A stretch of 39,125 nucleotides of DNA from Reclinomonas americana ATCC 50394 (taxonomy: Eukaryota): NCBI GenBank assembly GCA_048213135.1, contig PS015124.1, positions 48,528-87,652 of the forward strand. The letters are read 5' to 3'. Position numbers and translations under genes: made by a program. This document shows positions 1-12,170 of this stretch, piece by piece (positions within the stretch are counted from its first letter, which is position 1; every line of letters starts with the position of its first letter). The notes under the pieces are model-generated. The model searched no databases. It had not been told where the DNA came from and saw only the letters and a program-made list of their open reading frames with translations.

Positions 1-472
1 TTCCGTTGCAGAAACGCCAACTGATCATGATATCGAACGTCGACGTCGGGACAGCTCGCACTGCCTCACACACTCAGCATGCGCGTGGAGCCTGCCGGAT
101 CTGAACATGCATACACCATGGCCCTGCAACACCTGTCTCTAAGCACCACATGCCAACTTCGTTCCTTTGCAGATCGACGTCGATCCTCTCTCAGATACAA
201 AATGTACAAATATATTGAACCCTGTCACCCGCGATCTCCTTCCCCGCCCGCAACATCTGCATCACGGCCTTCCTCACTGCAGCGCACACTAGACGCCACG
301 CCAACAAATAACACGGCCGCACAATTCTGATGACCAAAAAAGGAAACCACGAATCTTCATCACTCTCGGGTCCCACAACACACATACTCACACACTTACT
401 CACACGCACAGAGGATTCCTCTCTGACGCATCTCTTTGTCTCTGAGACTCACTGAGTGCGCGTGACAACAAC

Positions 473-3400
473 ATGTCAAGGCGCCACACGCCCGGTCACA
501 GCTACGAAAGCTGTTGCGCGCGGACACACACACACACACACACACATNNNNNNNNNNNNNNNNNNNNTCCCTCGTGGACCGCACGCGGAGGAGGAGGCGC
601 CAACAACTCGTCCTCGCGCTCCTCCACACCTCCAGCGATGCGATTGGGAGGAGGTGGTGGTGGTGGAGGAGGAGGAGGGTATACTGCGCGGAGTGGGGAA
701 GGCGGGGCGACGATTCTGGGAACGCTGGCCGGCAGCAATGCGGAGAGTGTGGTGGAGGAGGAGAGTCCGTTGTATGTGGCGTGCAGGTGAGGAACGGGAA
801 AGGAGTAAGGGGGAAGGGAAGGAGAAGGTATTCTTTCTGTTGCTCTCAACTCGCGCTTGAACGTTTCGAACTGAGAGAAGGCTGTCTGTCTCTGTGCGCT
901 GTGGGAGAGACGTACAACTGACCCTTGATTGATTCAGAGGAGAGAGGCACTCTTCCTGAAAGACAGTGCAACTCACCTTTGAATATTTTATCTCCTTCTC
1001 TTTTCACTCTCTAATGCACGTCGTGAGGAGATGAGATGTGAAGAGATCGATTTTCTCTCCAGCACCGTTCCTTCGAAGAGACGCGCAACTCACGTTTGAG
1101 CGTTTCGAACTGAGAGAAGGCTGTCTGTCTCTGTGCGCTGTGGGAGAGACGTACAACTGACCTTGAACGATTCAGAGGAGAGAGGCGTTGTCTCTCCCTC
1201 CTCCCTCCTTCACTCTGTGAAGGTGTGTGTCGTGAGGAGATGAGCTATTCTATTTGCATTCTCTTGCGCATTCCCTTTGGAGAGTCGTACAACTCAAGCT
1301 CGAGCACTTCTGAGCTGTAGGAGAGACGCACAACTGACCCTTGAGCAATTCAGAGGATAGGGGCATTGTCTCTCCCTCCTTTCTGTTTCACTTTATGAGA
1401 GTGCACTTCGTGAGGAGAAAGTGTTCCTTCTCTTGCTTTCACTGGCTGCACCTTTCCTGGAGAAAGACCAGCTAACCATTAAGCACTTCGAATGGAAAAA
1501 GGCTGTCTGTCTCTGTGCGCTGTGGGAGAGATGCACAACTGACCCTTGAGCAATTCAGAGGAGAGGCATTCTCTCTCCCTCCTCTCACTTTCACTCTGTA
1601 ACGGTGTGTGTCATGAGGAGATGGGCTGTTCTATTTGCAGTCTCTTGCGCATTCCCTTTGGAGAGTCGTACAACTCACGCTCGAGCACTTATGAGCTGTA
1701 GGAGAGAAGCACAACTGACCCTTGAACAATTCAGAGGAGAGGAGTATTCTCTCACCCTCCTGTCTGTGCACTCTACCTGTGTGTATGTCGAAAGGAAAGA
1801 GCTGCGAAGGGCTTGTTCTCTCGTTCTGTCTTGCGCAACTCAAGGTTGAACATTTCAGGGAAGACATGACTGACGGTCCCGTACTCCCTCTCATTCTCCT
1901 TTTTTCAGCTTGAGCATTGCGGGATAGAGACTGGACTGTCCTTCTTTCTCACCCTCTGTCACGAAGACTTGGGCCTTCTTCACCCTCTCTCCCCTCTCCT
2001 CCCACCCTTGCGACCATGTTTTCTGAACCACCTCCATGCCACAGAGACGGCCGGCTGGATCGAGTGCGATCAATTATTGCCTCCTCACCAAGTGGTTTTG
2101 ATTTGACGCTGGTGAATACTATCTTCTCCCTCTGTCTCCCTCCCCTCCCCTCCCCTATCCTCACCCCCACTCCCACAGGGCAAAGTCTGCCGGTGCACGC
2201 ATCCCGAGGTGGCCACCGACGAAGTCGTGTTGCGCGAGTCACCGCTGTATGTGGCGTGCGTCCACGGTCGTGCCGAGGTATACAATCTCCTCCCCCTTTC
2301 CCCGTCGCCCCACTCCCTTACTCACTGCCCCCCCCCCCCCCCCCACGGTCGCCTCCGAGTTGCTAGCGCACGGAGCACCGCCCGCCATTGGCTGCGCGGA
2401 GCACCGTATCGACGAGTTTGTAGGATCACGGCTCGTGCACAACATTACGTGTCTGTACGGGGCCGTCGATGCCGGCTACCTGGGCGTGGTTGGCCTGTGC
2501 GTCCTTCTGCTTTGCTCCATCCTTGGTGTGCAAGTGCACTCACATTGTCGGCTCTTCAGTTTGCTGGAACACGGAGCCGATCCCAACACCGTGATCGAGC
2601 ATCACCACGAAGTGCGCCTCGCCGACGAGGCTCCATTCACCGAAATCGAGCGCGCCACAGCACTGCATTGTGCAGTGGAGCGCGGGCATTGTGCGTCTGT
2701 TCACCATTCACGATTTCTTTGATTGTCTTCTCACTCCCCTCGCAGTGGAGTGCGCCCGCCTTCTGCTGCGCCACAACGCACAGGTCGAGGAGGTGCAGTA
2801 CTCGTATCTGGAGAATCAACCGGCGCCGGGCGAGTTGGTGACGCAGGAGCGCTCATTCCGACCGGTGCATCTCGCCGCCTATCACGGCCACGATCGACTG
2901 CTGGAGGCGCTGTTGGATCACGGAGCGAGCATCGAATCCAAGTACGTGTGCTCGGTGAATGGGAGAGAGTCGACGGGCACGCCGCTGCATGTGGCGGCGC
3001 AGACCGGGCACGTTGAGGCCGCCAGATTACTGCTGAAGCGGGGAGGTACCGACCGATTGCGACAATGATGTCCATCCACCCCTCGTTGCTGATTCCGTGA
3101 AATTGCGCAGCATTGGTGGATGCCACGGACGGCAACGGACTGACGGCGTTTCTAATGGCGTGCCAGTTGGGCAACTTGGAGATGGCACAGTTTTTGCAGA
3201 GTGCTGGTGCCGATGTCAACTGCAAGACGTGTGATGGGGCCACGGCGTTGTCGGTGAGTGCTGAAAGGGGAAGAGAGGGGGAGGGGAGGGAATNNNNNNN
3301 NNNNNNNNNNNNNNNNNNNNNNNNNNNNNNNNNNNNNNNNNNNNNNNNNNNNNNNNNNNNNNNNNNNNNNNNNNNNNNNNNNNNNNNNNNNNNNNNNNNN

Positions 3401-5096
3401 NNNNNNNNNNNNNNNNNNNNNNNNNNNNNNNNNNNNNNNNNNNNNNNNNNNNNNNNNNNNNNNNNNNNNNNNNNNNNNNNNNNNNNNNNNNNNNNNNNNN
3501 NNNNNNNNNNNNNNNNNNNNNNNNNNNNNNNNNNNNNNNNNNNNNNNNNNNNNNNNNNNNNNNNNNNNNNNNNNNNNNNNNNNNNNNNNNNNNNNNNNNN
3601 NNNNNNNNNNNNNNNNNNNNNNNNNNNNNNNNNNNNNNNNNNNNNNNNNNNNNNNNNNNNNNNNNNNNNNNNNNNNNNNNNNNNNNNNNNNNNNNNNNNN
3701 NNNNNNNNNNNNNNNNNNNNNNNNNNNNNNNNNNNNNNNNNNNNNNNNNNNNNNNNNNNNNNNNNNNNNNNNNNNNNNNNTTCTCCCCCTTTCTCCTTTC
3801 CCCCCTTTCCCCCCTCACCCCCTTCCCACTTTCCCTTCCCCCTTTTCCCCTTCCCCCCTTTCCCACTTCCCGTCCTGTCACAGCTGGCCGACGCCGAGAG
3901 ACACCTCCTCGTCTCGCGCTGGCTGCACTCGAAAACCACCACGGGCCTCCGACTGGACCTGTCGCGCACCAACTCGGAACAAGACGGCGTCGAGCGAGAC
4001 ATTTTCGAAGACATGGACGACGACCTTGGCGGCGGTGGTGGTGGCGGAGGTGGCGGTGGCGGCGCAGCAGCTGTGGCTGCGGCTGCGGCCGCCGCCGCCA
4101 CGGTGGCCGCGACGGTTCCCGAAGTGGTGGGAGAGCAGGATGAGGAGGAATTCAACGGGACGATTGCCACCGACACGCTGTCGACGACGGTGATTCGCGA
4201 GGTGGAGGACGACACGGACGAGGATGAGGTGGGCGGAGAGCATGTACCGCTCTCCTCGTCCAACGACCGAGGTCGCGTGCCACTCGTTGGTCGCCGCCCC
4301 GGTGCACCGACTCCGCCGGCGTCCATGCCTGCCGCTGGAGCGTCGTCACACGCACCGGCCTCCGCCGGCGGTGTGGCTTCTGCAGGACCGCGGGTGAGTC
4401 CTGACAAGGACATCCTCTCTCTCTCTCTTTATCTCACGTGTTTGCGGTCGCCAGCTGGCCCTCTCCAAAGCGCCGGCGCCACCGTCGTCATTGCAACCGC
4501 TGGCACCCCCCGTCAGCGCCATCGCCAGCAAGTCGCGCTCCGCTGGCGCAGCAGACAAGGCCGCGGGCGACGCCAAGAGCAACAATGGCCAGCAGCGGCC
4601 GCGCGATCGGAGCAACAGTTCGCAGGCGCGAGGTCGCATGGAGGCGCGATTTGCGGTCATGATGCGCGAGATGAACCGGAAGATGGCCGAGGTTTGTCAT
4701 CACTGCCGTGTCCTCCTCCTTGCTCCTCCCCTGACCCCCTTTACGTGCGCGCAGCTGGAATCGCGTCTGCGCCACCTGGAGGCCGCCACGGAGAACAGTG
4801 TGAAGGAGAACTCGGCGATTCGCTCGTCGCTGGGTGCACGACCACCGGACCGCGAAGCCGTGTGGAGAGGCAGTTATGCATCGCGTGGGTTCCCGCCAAC
4901 TGTGCCACCGCTGCTCGGTGTGCCGTCGGCTGCGGAGACCGACGACATGGAGGCGAGGCTATCGTCGAGGTTACGCTACTCACCGCGCGACTCGGCCCGC
5001 CCTCTCGCCAGCCGCGCCAGTCCGTATGACGCTAGTGATTTTCGCGTGAGCAGCCACGTCGACCGTGGTCGCTGCGTACGTTGTAATCTGCTGTAG
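473..5096 (+). CDS. Multi-exon ankyrin-repeat protein with low-complexity and short coiled-coil-like C-terminal half (interrupted by N gaps)
   Basis: Spliced exons give repeated ankyrin motifs: ESPLYVACR|DGRLDRV (intron 787-2044), ESPLYVACVHGRAE, TCLYGAVDAGYLGVVGL|LLEHGADPN, TALHCAVERGH|LECARLLLRHNA, TPLHVAAQTGHVEAARLLLKRG|A, TAFLMACQLGNLEMAQFLQSAGADVN. The last exon ends TAG at 5096. The ATG at 473 is tentative because the next acceptor lies in the gap. Confidence 0.85.
855..1870. repeat. Degenerate tandem repeat inside ankyrin intron 787-2044 (about two ~390-bp units plus a partial unit)
   Basis: GGCTGTCTGTCTCTGTGCGCTGTGGGAGAGA recurs at ~880, ~1119 and ~1501. TCTTGCGCATTCCCTTTGGAGAGTCGTACAACTCA recurs at ~1262 and ~1643. 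CAACTGACC(C)TTGA..ATTCAGAGGA occurs five times. Confidence 0.8.
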
Positions 5097-5177
5097 GTCT
5101 ACTTCTTCTTTAAAAGCGCGTGGGAAAAAGGTAGTAACATGCGGAATTCTGTTGTACACTTTCTAAAGCGCAGCTGT

Positions 5178-6179
5178 TCACGAGCTCTTCACGGCACGCT
5201 GGCAGGTGACATGCAGGCGGCTGACCTCGCGCTGGAAGTCATTGTCCAGCGTGTGCGTCAGGCTGCCGTCGTTGGGCAGACCGGCGTCCTGGATCTTGCT
5301 GACAATGTTGCGGCGCTCGGCGGACCAGATGCCAGAGAGAGCGCGCTCGGCTTGCAGGCACGCAGTGCGCACGGCATCGGTGTCACCGCGGATGCTCTTG
5401 TCGTTGGCCTTGGCGCGTCCCTTGTCGCCGGCAATGTGCAGGGCGCGAATGGCACGGCGAGTGCGGTGGTAGATCTCCTCCAGAGTCACGTCGCGGTCGA
5501 GGTAGCGGTGGACAGGGTCAGCTGCAGCAGGCAAGAAGAGAGAGAGGTGTGAGTGGAGGTGGCGGGCAAGGGCAAAGGAGAGGAAAGGCGAGACAACGCA
5601 ACAGACGGGGTGCTGGTTGAGGTTCAGTTCGTTGTGGCGAATGTCTCCGGGGCGGTTCTCAATGTCCTGCACCGACAGGTTGCGGTTGTCGTACGGACGA
5701 GGTCCACGAGTGACTGCNNNNNNNNNNNNNNNNNNNNNNNNNNNNNNNNNNNNNNNNNNNNNNNNNNNNNNNNNNNNNNNNNNNNNNNNNNNNNNNNNNN
5801 NNNNNNNNNNNNNNNNNNNNNNNNNNNNNNNNNNNNNNNNNNNNNNNNNNNNNNNNNNNNNNNNNNNNNNNNNNNNNNNNNNNNNNNNNNNNNNNNNNNN
5901 NNNNNNNNNNNNNNNNNNNNNNNNNNNNNNNNNNNNNNNNNNNNNNNNNNNNNNNNNNNNNNNNNNNNNNNNNNNNNNNNNNNNNNNNNNNNNNNNNNNN
6001 NNNNNNNNNNNNNNNNNNNNNNNNNNAAGGGGACATACAAGTGTGTGTGAGTGTGGTGGGAGGGGGAGGAGGGAGGAGGGAGGGGAGTGAGGGAGAACGG
6101 AACTGCCATCACCACGGGCACTGACGGTCACGGCCACGAGGCACAAGACCAGAGCAAAGACGAGAGTCGAGCGGATCAT
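5178..6179 (-). CDS. Secreted protein A, family 1 (unknown function, ~175 aa, 3 exons)
   Basis: Signal peptide MIRSTLVFALVLCLVAVTVSA, then ITRGPRPYDNRNL...HPV|SDPVHRYLDRDVTLEEIYHRTRRAIRALH...CQRAVKSS*. Intron 1 spans a gap; the structure is confirmed by the ungapped copy at 9718-10396. Confidence 0.85.
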   Translation of the reverse strand: MIRSTLVFALVLCLVAVTVSARGDGSSVLPHSPPSSLLPLPPHSHTLVCPLXXXXXXXXXXXXXXXXXXXXXXXXXXXXXXXXXXXXXXXXXXXXXXXXXXXXXXXXXXXXXXXXXXXXXXXXXXXXXXXXXXXXXXXXXXXXXXXXXXXXXXXAVTRGPRPYDNRNLSVQDIENRPGDIRHNELNLNQHPVCCVVSPFLSFALARHLHSHLSLFLPAAADPVHRYLDRDVTLEEIYHRTRRAIRALHIAGDKGRAKANDKSIRGDTDAVRTACLQAERALSGIWSAERRNIVSKIQDAGLPNDGSLTHTLDNDFQREVSRLHVTCQRAVKSS

Positions 6180-6807
6180 GGTAGTGTCTGGGTTGGGCTG
6201 GTGGTCTGCGCTCGCAACACAAGGCTAAAGGCAAGTGGTGATCGCTTCCGGCTATTGGCAGGAATTGATCCGGACTATTCGCGCTGCGATGGTTGGACAC
6301 TACCACTGTGTCCGAAATGTAAGCCGCTCACTCTCTCACCTTGCATGCAAGCAGGCTAGCAGGCAAGAAGACCACTGCTTCCATTCAGTGCTATCGCCAT
6401 TGTCGATCACTGTGCTGGTGCAGAGAAAGCAGAATCGTGCAAGCAGTACCGGTTTTTCAGTGCAAGTGTGTTCGGTCCGATTATCGACCGAAGTCGAGAC
6501 ATGCGACCAGCCTCGCGTGCGCCGAAGAGAATGGTGGAACACTGGGGGGATAGATGCACTTGTACACGCAATCTTAAAGATCTCTGTGCTTGACTTGACG
6601 GCCAAGCTGCGGAATGCGGACAACTCATGTAGTCGGCAGAAGCTGGGTCCAGATTTAACAGGAGACGTGTCCATGCACCACCGCGTAGCTGCACGAAGGC
6701 ACCACCACTGTGTGTGTTGCGAGAGGAAGAAATCCGATTCATTGTCACCTCTGAATCAAATTTGGAAATACTGGTTTTCTTTCAGTCGAGGTGTGAGCAA
6801 AGGAGAC

Positions 6808-6992
6808 ATGCGCGCTGTGTTGATCATCGCCGTGACTGTCTGCCTGTTGGCGGTGGTCGCGAGTGCTGCAAGTTGCGCGCACACACTCTATCAGCTCGCC
6901 ATCACCACAGCACTCATGATCACTTGCTTTTTCTCCTTGCGTGCAGTTCCTCGTCACCGACACAGGCGCAACTTTGTGAATCGTTGAGTATG

Positions 6993-7033
<41 letters not shown>

Positions 7034-7619
7034 GAGAGAGAGTGTGAGAGAGAGAGAGAGTNNNNNNNNNNNNNNNNNNNNAGAGAGAGAGAGAGGAATG
7101 TGTGAGAGAGAGAGAGTGATCACTCATCGACAAGCCACTCATTGTCTCACCCTCGCACAGCCTTCCGTGGAAGCCACGGCGAGGGCCCTCGTGCGCGCTT
7201 CACCTGTTGCGTGACGCACACACACTAATGTCTCCCTCGCATCACACCTTTGCTCACATCGCGATGCACACGCGAACGAAACAGCCGTGCCCGGTCGTGC
7301 CTACAATCGCTTCCTCGACAACCGCGCCACCCTCCGCGATGCATACCTGCGTCACCTGCCCGGCAAGCTGCGTCGCGAGGCCGTCTACCACGAGCTGTTT
7401 GAGCGCGATGCACGTCTGCGTGCTCGTCGCGATGGAGTGTCCGACGAGGACTTTGACACGGCAGTGCCCGGATTCAGTGGCCACCGTCTTCGTCGCCACC
7501 GCCGCTTGTCGCACGCCGAGGCTCCGTCTGCGCGACAACTCAGCTGCGGCAATGGCGGATGCGACACACGTCGTCGGTGCGCCAATGAGCGTCGCCGTTG
7601 GCTCGCCAATGCGTGGTAG
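6808..7619 (+). CDS. Secreted Arg-rich protein B, family 2 (unknown function, 4 exons)
   Basis: Signal peptide MRAVLIIAVTVCLLAVVASAA. Phase-1 introns with GTTGCG, GTTGAG and GTTGCG donors join IPRHRHRRNFVN|PFRGSHGEGPRARFT|SVPGRAYNRFLDNRATL...CANERRRWLANAW*. Confidence 0.8.
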
Positions 7620-7739
7620 AGATATCGATGAGTGGTGGTAGATTGATGTCAAAGTTTTGTTTGCTTGTTGCCGTCCCTTTTTTTCAATGAATTGAATCTT
7701 GTTTTGCACCCACACCTCGTGGTGCCTAATGCGCATCGA

Positions 7740-7838
7740 GGCCGCGCTCCATCCGCCCTCACACCAGCTACACTCTGTTGCGCGAACGAGCGCTGTGACG
7801 AACAGCGTCGCCGGTGGTTGGCCGGTGCTTGGTGATGA
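7740..7838 (+). pseudogene. 3' remnant of gene D left in duplication copy 1
   Basis: Encodes ANERCDEQRRRWLAGAW** and is followed by the same downstream sequence as D (13148 onward), but the upstream D exons are absent. Confidence 0.8.
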
Positions 7839-8237
7839 AATTCTTGGAGGAAGTGTGTGAATTATGTTTTGCATTGTAGTTGCTGGTGTTGTTGTTGTTA
7901 TCGCTGCTACACCAGTCTTGCTCGTGGCTGCTCTTCTCGGTAACTCGGCTGTTTCTCCATGGCCACATCACCGTCATGATCGTGCGCGATCGACAGCATT
8001 GCATTTTGCAACTGTTGGCACTTGCCCACGAACAGCAAGGTAGCAGAGCTGTCGTTGGACATGCCCATCCTGACAGACCAGCGCAAGCACAGTGGCATCA
8101 CTTCTTACACAGGTCCTGGACACGAGAAAACCAATGCAATGCAATGTATGTGCTGCGTTCAGTTTCGCACGTTGCTCATCGAATTCACACTGGCTTTGTT
8201 TGTTTGCTTTTGGTTCGACAGTGGAGAAGAGGAAACC

Positions 8238-8993
8238 ATGCGCACCACCACCTGTGTTCTCGTGTTGACTCTCAGCCTGCTGGCGGTGGCCTCACAAGCC
8301 GCAAGTTGCGCGCGACTCATTCTTTGACAGCGACAACTGTGTGGTCCCTCTCTCACACACTCGCGTACCATCCCCCACACACAGTCCTCCGCGGTCCTCG
8401 TGCCTATGACAACCGTAACCTCTCGGTCGCCCAGATCGAGAATCGACCAGGCGACAGTTGCGTGACCACACCAACACAACACAACGCTGATGAGCGATAT
8501 CAAAACTCATCAGTTTCGTACGCTCACTTCAACACACAGTTCGTCACGTCGAGCTCAACCAGGACCGCCACCCTGTCTGTTGCGTCTATCCACCACCCAT
8601 CGCAGACACTGCATCCCTCTGCAATCCACTCACCCTCCCACTCCCGCAGCGACACCGACCCACCGCTTCCTCGATCGCGATGTGACGCTGGAGGAGATTT
8701 ACCACCGCTCGCGCCGCGCCATTCGTGCGCTGCATGTGCAGGGTGAGCGTCTGCGCCACCAAGTGGCCGGCATCTCTCCAGCTGGCGACACGGACGCCAT
8801 TCGTGCGGCGTGCCTGAGTGCGGAGCGTGCACTGGACGAGACGTGGGCAGCGGCGCGTGACGGCATTGTGCACAAGAGCATTGACGCTGGCCTGCCCAAC
8901 GACGGCACCCTCACACACACGCTCGACGACAACCACCAGCGTGAGATCAGCCGTCTGCATGTGGCGTGCCAGCGCGCGCAGCACAGCTCGTAA
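8238..8993 (+). CDS. Secreted protein C, family 1 (~173 aa, 4 exons)
   Basis: Signal peptide MRTTTCVLVLTLSLLAVASQAA. GTTGCG donors at 8305, 8457 and 8579 give ILRGPRAYDNRNL...RPGD|IRHVELNQDRHPV|STPTHRFLDRDVTLEEIYHRSRRAIRALH...CQRAQHSS*, colinear with A. Confidence 0.85.
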
Positions 8994-9231
8994 TTTCCGA
9001 GAGACCAAGACCAAGAAGCGTTGTCAATCGTCGCGCGCCATACATGTGCCGCACAGCAGTAATGTACGTACTGGTAATAGCATACATCGCGGTGGGGGGA
9101 GGAGAGGAGGAGCGGAGGAGTAGAAGAGAGAGTGAGGGAAGCAGAGCTCGAGTGAGGGAAGCGCAACATGTACAGAGAGAGTGAGAATGCAATGGGAGAG
9201 AGAGAGAGTAAGAGAGAGACACACACACACA

Positions 9232-9264
<33 letters not shown>

Positions 9265-9717
9265 GGATAGAGATGGAGGGAGGGAGAGAGGTGAGAGTGG
9301 TGCACTGGCAGCAGCCACGCGTGCACACTCACACTCATCACCGAATTGCAAGCGAGTGAGTGGACGACTGGTGACGAACTGTCAGCATCAGAATCGAAAT
9401 GTCACACTCCATCAGTCAGGAATGGACGCCTGAGAGGCTGTTCATGTAGCATTACCATTACCATCTCTCTCTTCTCTTGTACATCTTCCTCACGCCACGA
9501 GACCACGTGTACATTGTTCGATATTTGGAATACTGGTGCATGTGCTGGAGAAGTTATCTTCGTCACTGCCGACTGCATGCCTTGATGACGGAGTCTATCT
9601 AGTGCAGGCGACAACAGCAGTCTTAGCATTCAACGCAGCCAACCATTGCGCAGCAGGTGAAAAGTGGACAGGTAAAACATGCGGAATTCTGTTGTACACT
9701 TTCTAAAGCGCAGCTGT

Positions 9718-10396
9718 TCACGAGCTCTTCACGGCACGCTGGCAGGTGACGTGCAGGCGGCTGACCTCGCGCTGGAAGTCATTGTCCAGCGTGTGTGTCA
9801 GGCTGCCGTCGTTGGGCAGACCGGCGTCCTGGATCTTGCTGACAATGTTGCGGCGCTCAGCGGACCAGATGCCAGAGAGAGCGCGCTCGGCCTGCAGACA
9901 CACAGTGCGGACGGCATCGGTGTCACCGCGGATGCTCTTGTCGTTGGCCTTGGCGCGTCCCTTGTCGCCGGCAATGTGCAGGGCACGAATGGCACGGCGA
10001 GTGCGGTGGTAGATCTCCTCCAGAGTCACGTCGCGGTCGAGGTAGCGGTGGACAGGGTCAGCTGCAGCAGGCAAGGAAAGAGAGAGGCATGAGTGGAGGT
10101 GGCGGGCAAGGGCAAAGGAGAGGAAAGGCGAGACAACGCAACAGACGGGGTGCTGGTTGAGGTTCAGTTCGTTGTGGCGAATGTCTCCGGGGCGGTTCTC
10201 AATGTCCTGCACCGACAGGTTGCGGTTGTCGTACGGACGAGGTCCACGAGTGACTGCGCGAGGGGACGCAAAGTGAGTGAGTGAGTGGAGGGAGATGGGG
10301 AGGAGAGAGGAGAACGGAACTGCCATCACCACGGGCACTGACGGTCACGGCCACGAGGCACAAGACCAGAGCAAAGACGAGAGTCGAGCGGATCAT
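9718..10396 (-). CDS. Secreted protein A' (duplicate of A)
   Basis: Ungapped 3-exon copy with donors A|GTTCCG and T|GTTGCG. The protein differs from A at VRTVC vs VRTAC in the visible sequence. Confidence 0.88.
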
Positions 10397-11029
10397 GGTG
10401 GCTTCTGGGTTGGGGCTGGTGGTCTGCGCTCGCACACACAAGGCTAAAGGCAAGTGATGGTCGCTTCCGGCTATTGGCAGGAATTGATCCGGACTATTCG
10501 CGCTGCGATGGTTGGACACAGCCGCCGTGTCCGAAATGTAAGCCGCTCACTCTCTCACCCTGCATGCAAGCAGGCAAAAAGGCAAGAAGACTACTGCTTC
10601 CATTCAGTGCTATCGCCACTGTCGATCACTGTGCTGGTGCAGAGAAAGCAGAATCGTGCAAGCAGTACCGGTTTTTCAGTGCAACTGTGTTCGGTCCCAT
10701 TATCGACCGAAGTCGAGACATGCGACCAGCCTCGCGTGCACTGCAAGCGCGTGGTGGAACACTCGGGGGAATAGATGCACTTGTACACGCAATCTTAATG
10801 ATCTTTGTGCTTGACGTGACGGCCAAGCTGCGGAATGCGGACAACTCGTGTAGCCGGCAGAAGCTGGGTCCAGATTTAACAGGAGACGTGTCCATGCACC
10901 ACCGCGTAGCTGCACGAAGGCACCATACCACTTGTGTGTGTTGCGAGAGGAAGAAATCCGATTCATTGTCACCTCAGAATCAAATTAGGAAATACTGGTT
11001 TTCTTTCAGTCGACGTGTGAGCAAAGGAC

Positions 11030-11760
11030 ATGCGCGCTGTGTTGATCATCGCCGTGACTGTCTGCCTGTTGGCGGTGGTCGCGAGTGCTGCAAGTTGCGC
11101 GCACACACTCTATCAGCTCGCCATCACCACAGCGCACTCACTTGCTTTTTAAATTTCTCCTTGCGTGCAGTCCCTCGTCACCGACACAGGCGCAACTTTG
11201 TGAATCGTTGAGTATGCGAGAGAGACAGAGAGAGAGACAGAGACAGAGAGGAGTGATCACTCATCGACAAGCCACTCACTCTCTCTCTCCCTCTCACCCT
11301 CACACAGCATTGCGTGGAAGCCACGGCGAGGGCCCTCGTGCGCGCTTCACCTGTTGCGTGACGCACACACACTTATGTCTCCCTTGCATCACACCGTCGC
11401 TCACATCGCGATGCACACGACACAGCCGTGCCCGGTCGTGCCTACAATCGCTTCCTCGACAACCGCGCCACTCTCCGCGATGCATACCTGCGTCACCTGC
11501 CCGGTAAGCTGCGTCGCGAGGCCGTCTACCACGAGCTGTTTGAGCGTGATGCACGTCTGCGTGCTCGTCGCGATGGAGTGTCCGACGAGGACTTTGACAC
11601 GGCAGTGCCCGGATTCAGTGGCCACCGTCTTCGTCGCCACCGCCGCTTGTCGCACGCCGAGGGTCCGTCTGCGCGACAGCTCGGCTGCGGCAATGGCGGG
11701 TGCGACACACGTCGTCGGTGCGCCAATGAGCGTCGCCGTTGGCTCGCCAATGCGTGGTAG
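11030..11760 (+). CDS. Secreted protein B' (duplicate of B)
   Basis: Same 4-exon structure as B with a few substitutions (PLRGSH, HAEGPS, QLGCG); ends WLANAW*. Confidence 0.82.
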
Positions 11761-12170
11761 AGATATCGATGAGTGGTGGTAGATCGATATCAAAGTTTTG
11801 TTTGCTTGTTGCCGTCCCTTTTCTTCAATGAATTCAATCATGTTTTGCATCCACTTCTCGTGGTGACACAACTGTGCGCATGCAAGTCGCATGCCAGCAA
11901 TCAAAAACTGCAGAATCGCGAGCAGTAGTTGCAAGATGTGCGCGAGGTGAACGAATCCTGGAAGAAAGTTGGGCGTGCATGCCAGTCGATTTGTCCGCAG
12001 CGCACAGCAGGTGAGTGGATATGTTCGCAGCGTGCAGCAGGTGAGAGTGTACACAGCCGGCTCGTGATATTGTCGTTTTGTTATTCGCGATTACGGTTAC
12101 CGTAGTGTAATATGAAATACGTTTCGTGAGTTATTTCGGACGTGAGGAGAAGAACAGGAGAAGTCAAACC

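Noticed and set aside
855-1870. CRISPR-like array
   Set aside because: The repeats are degenerate and irregular, the spacers are themselves repeated, the locus is a eukaryotic intron, and no cas genes are present.
2731-4413. Long ORFs through N runs or microsatellites (also 16594-17598, 31757-33266)
   Set aside because: Artefacts of gaps and SL/ER/TH repeat translation.
6966-6990. Premature stop in B (NFVNR*) suggesting a micropeptide or stop recoding
   Set aside because: The TGA lies within the donor C|GTTGAGT; splicing restores the frame in both B and B'.
8457-8539. Idea that the shifted introns are non-canonical TT-AG introns (G|TTGCGT)
   Set aside because: Reading frame and paralogue/tubulin homology require the G to be removed, so the termini are GT-AG.
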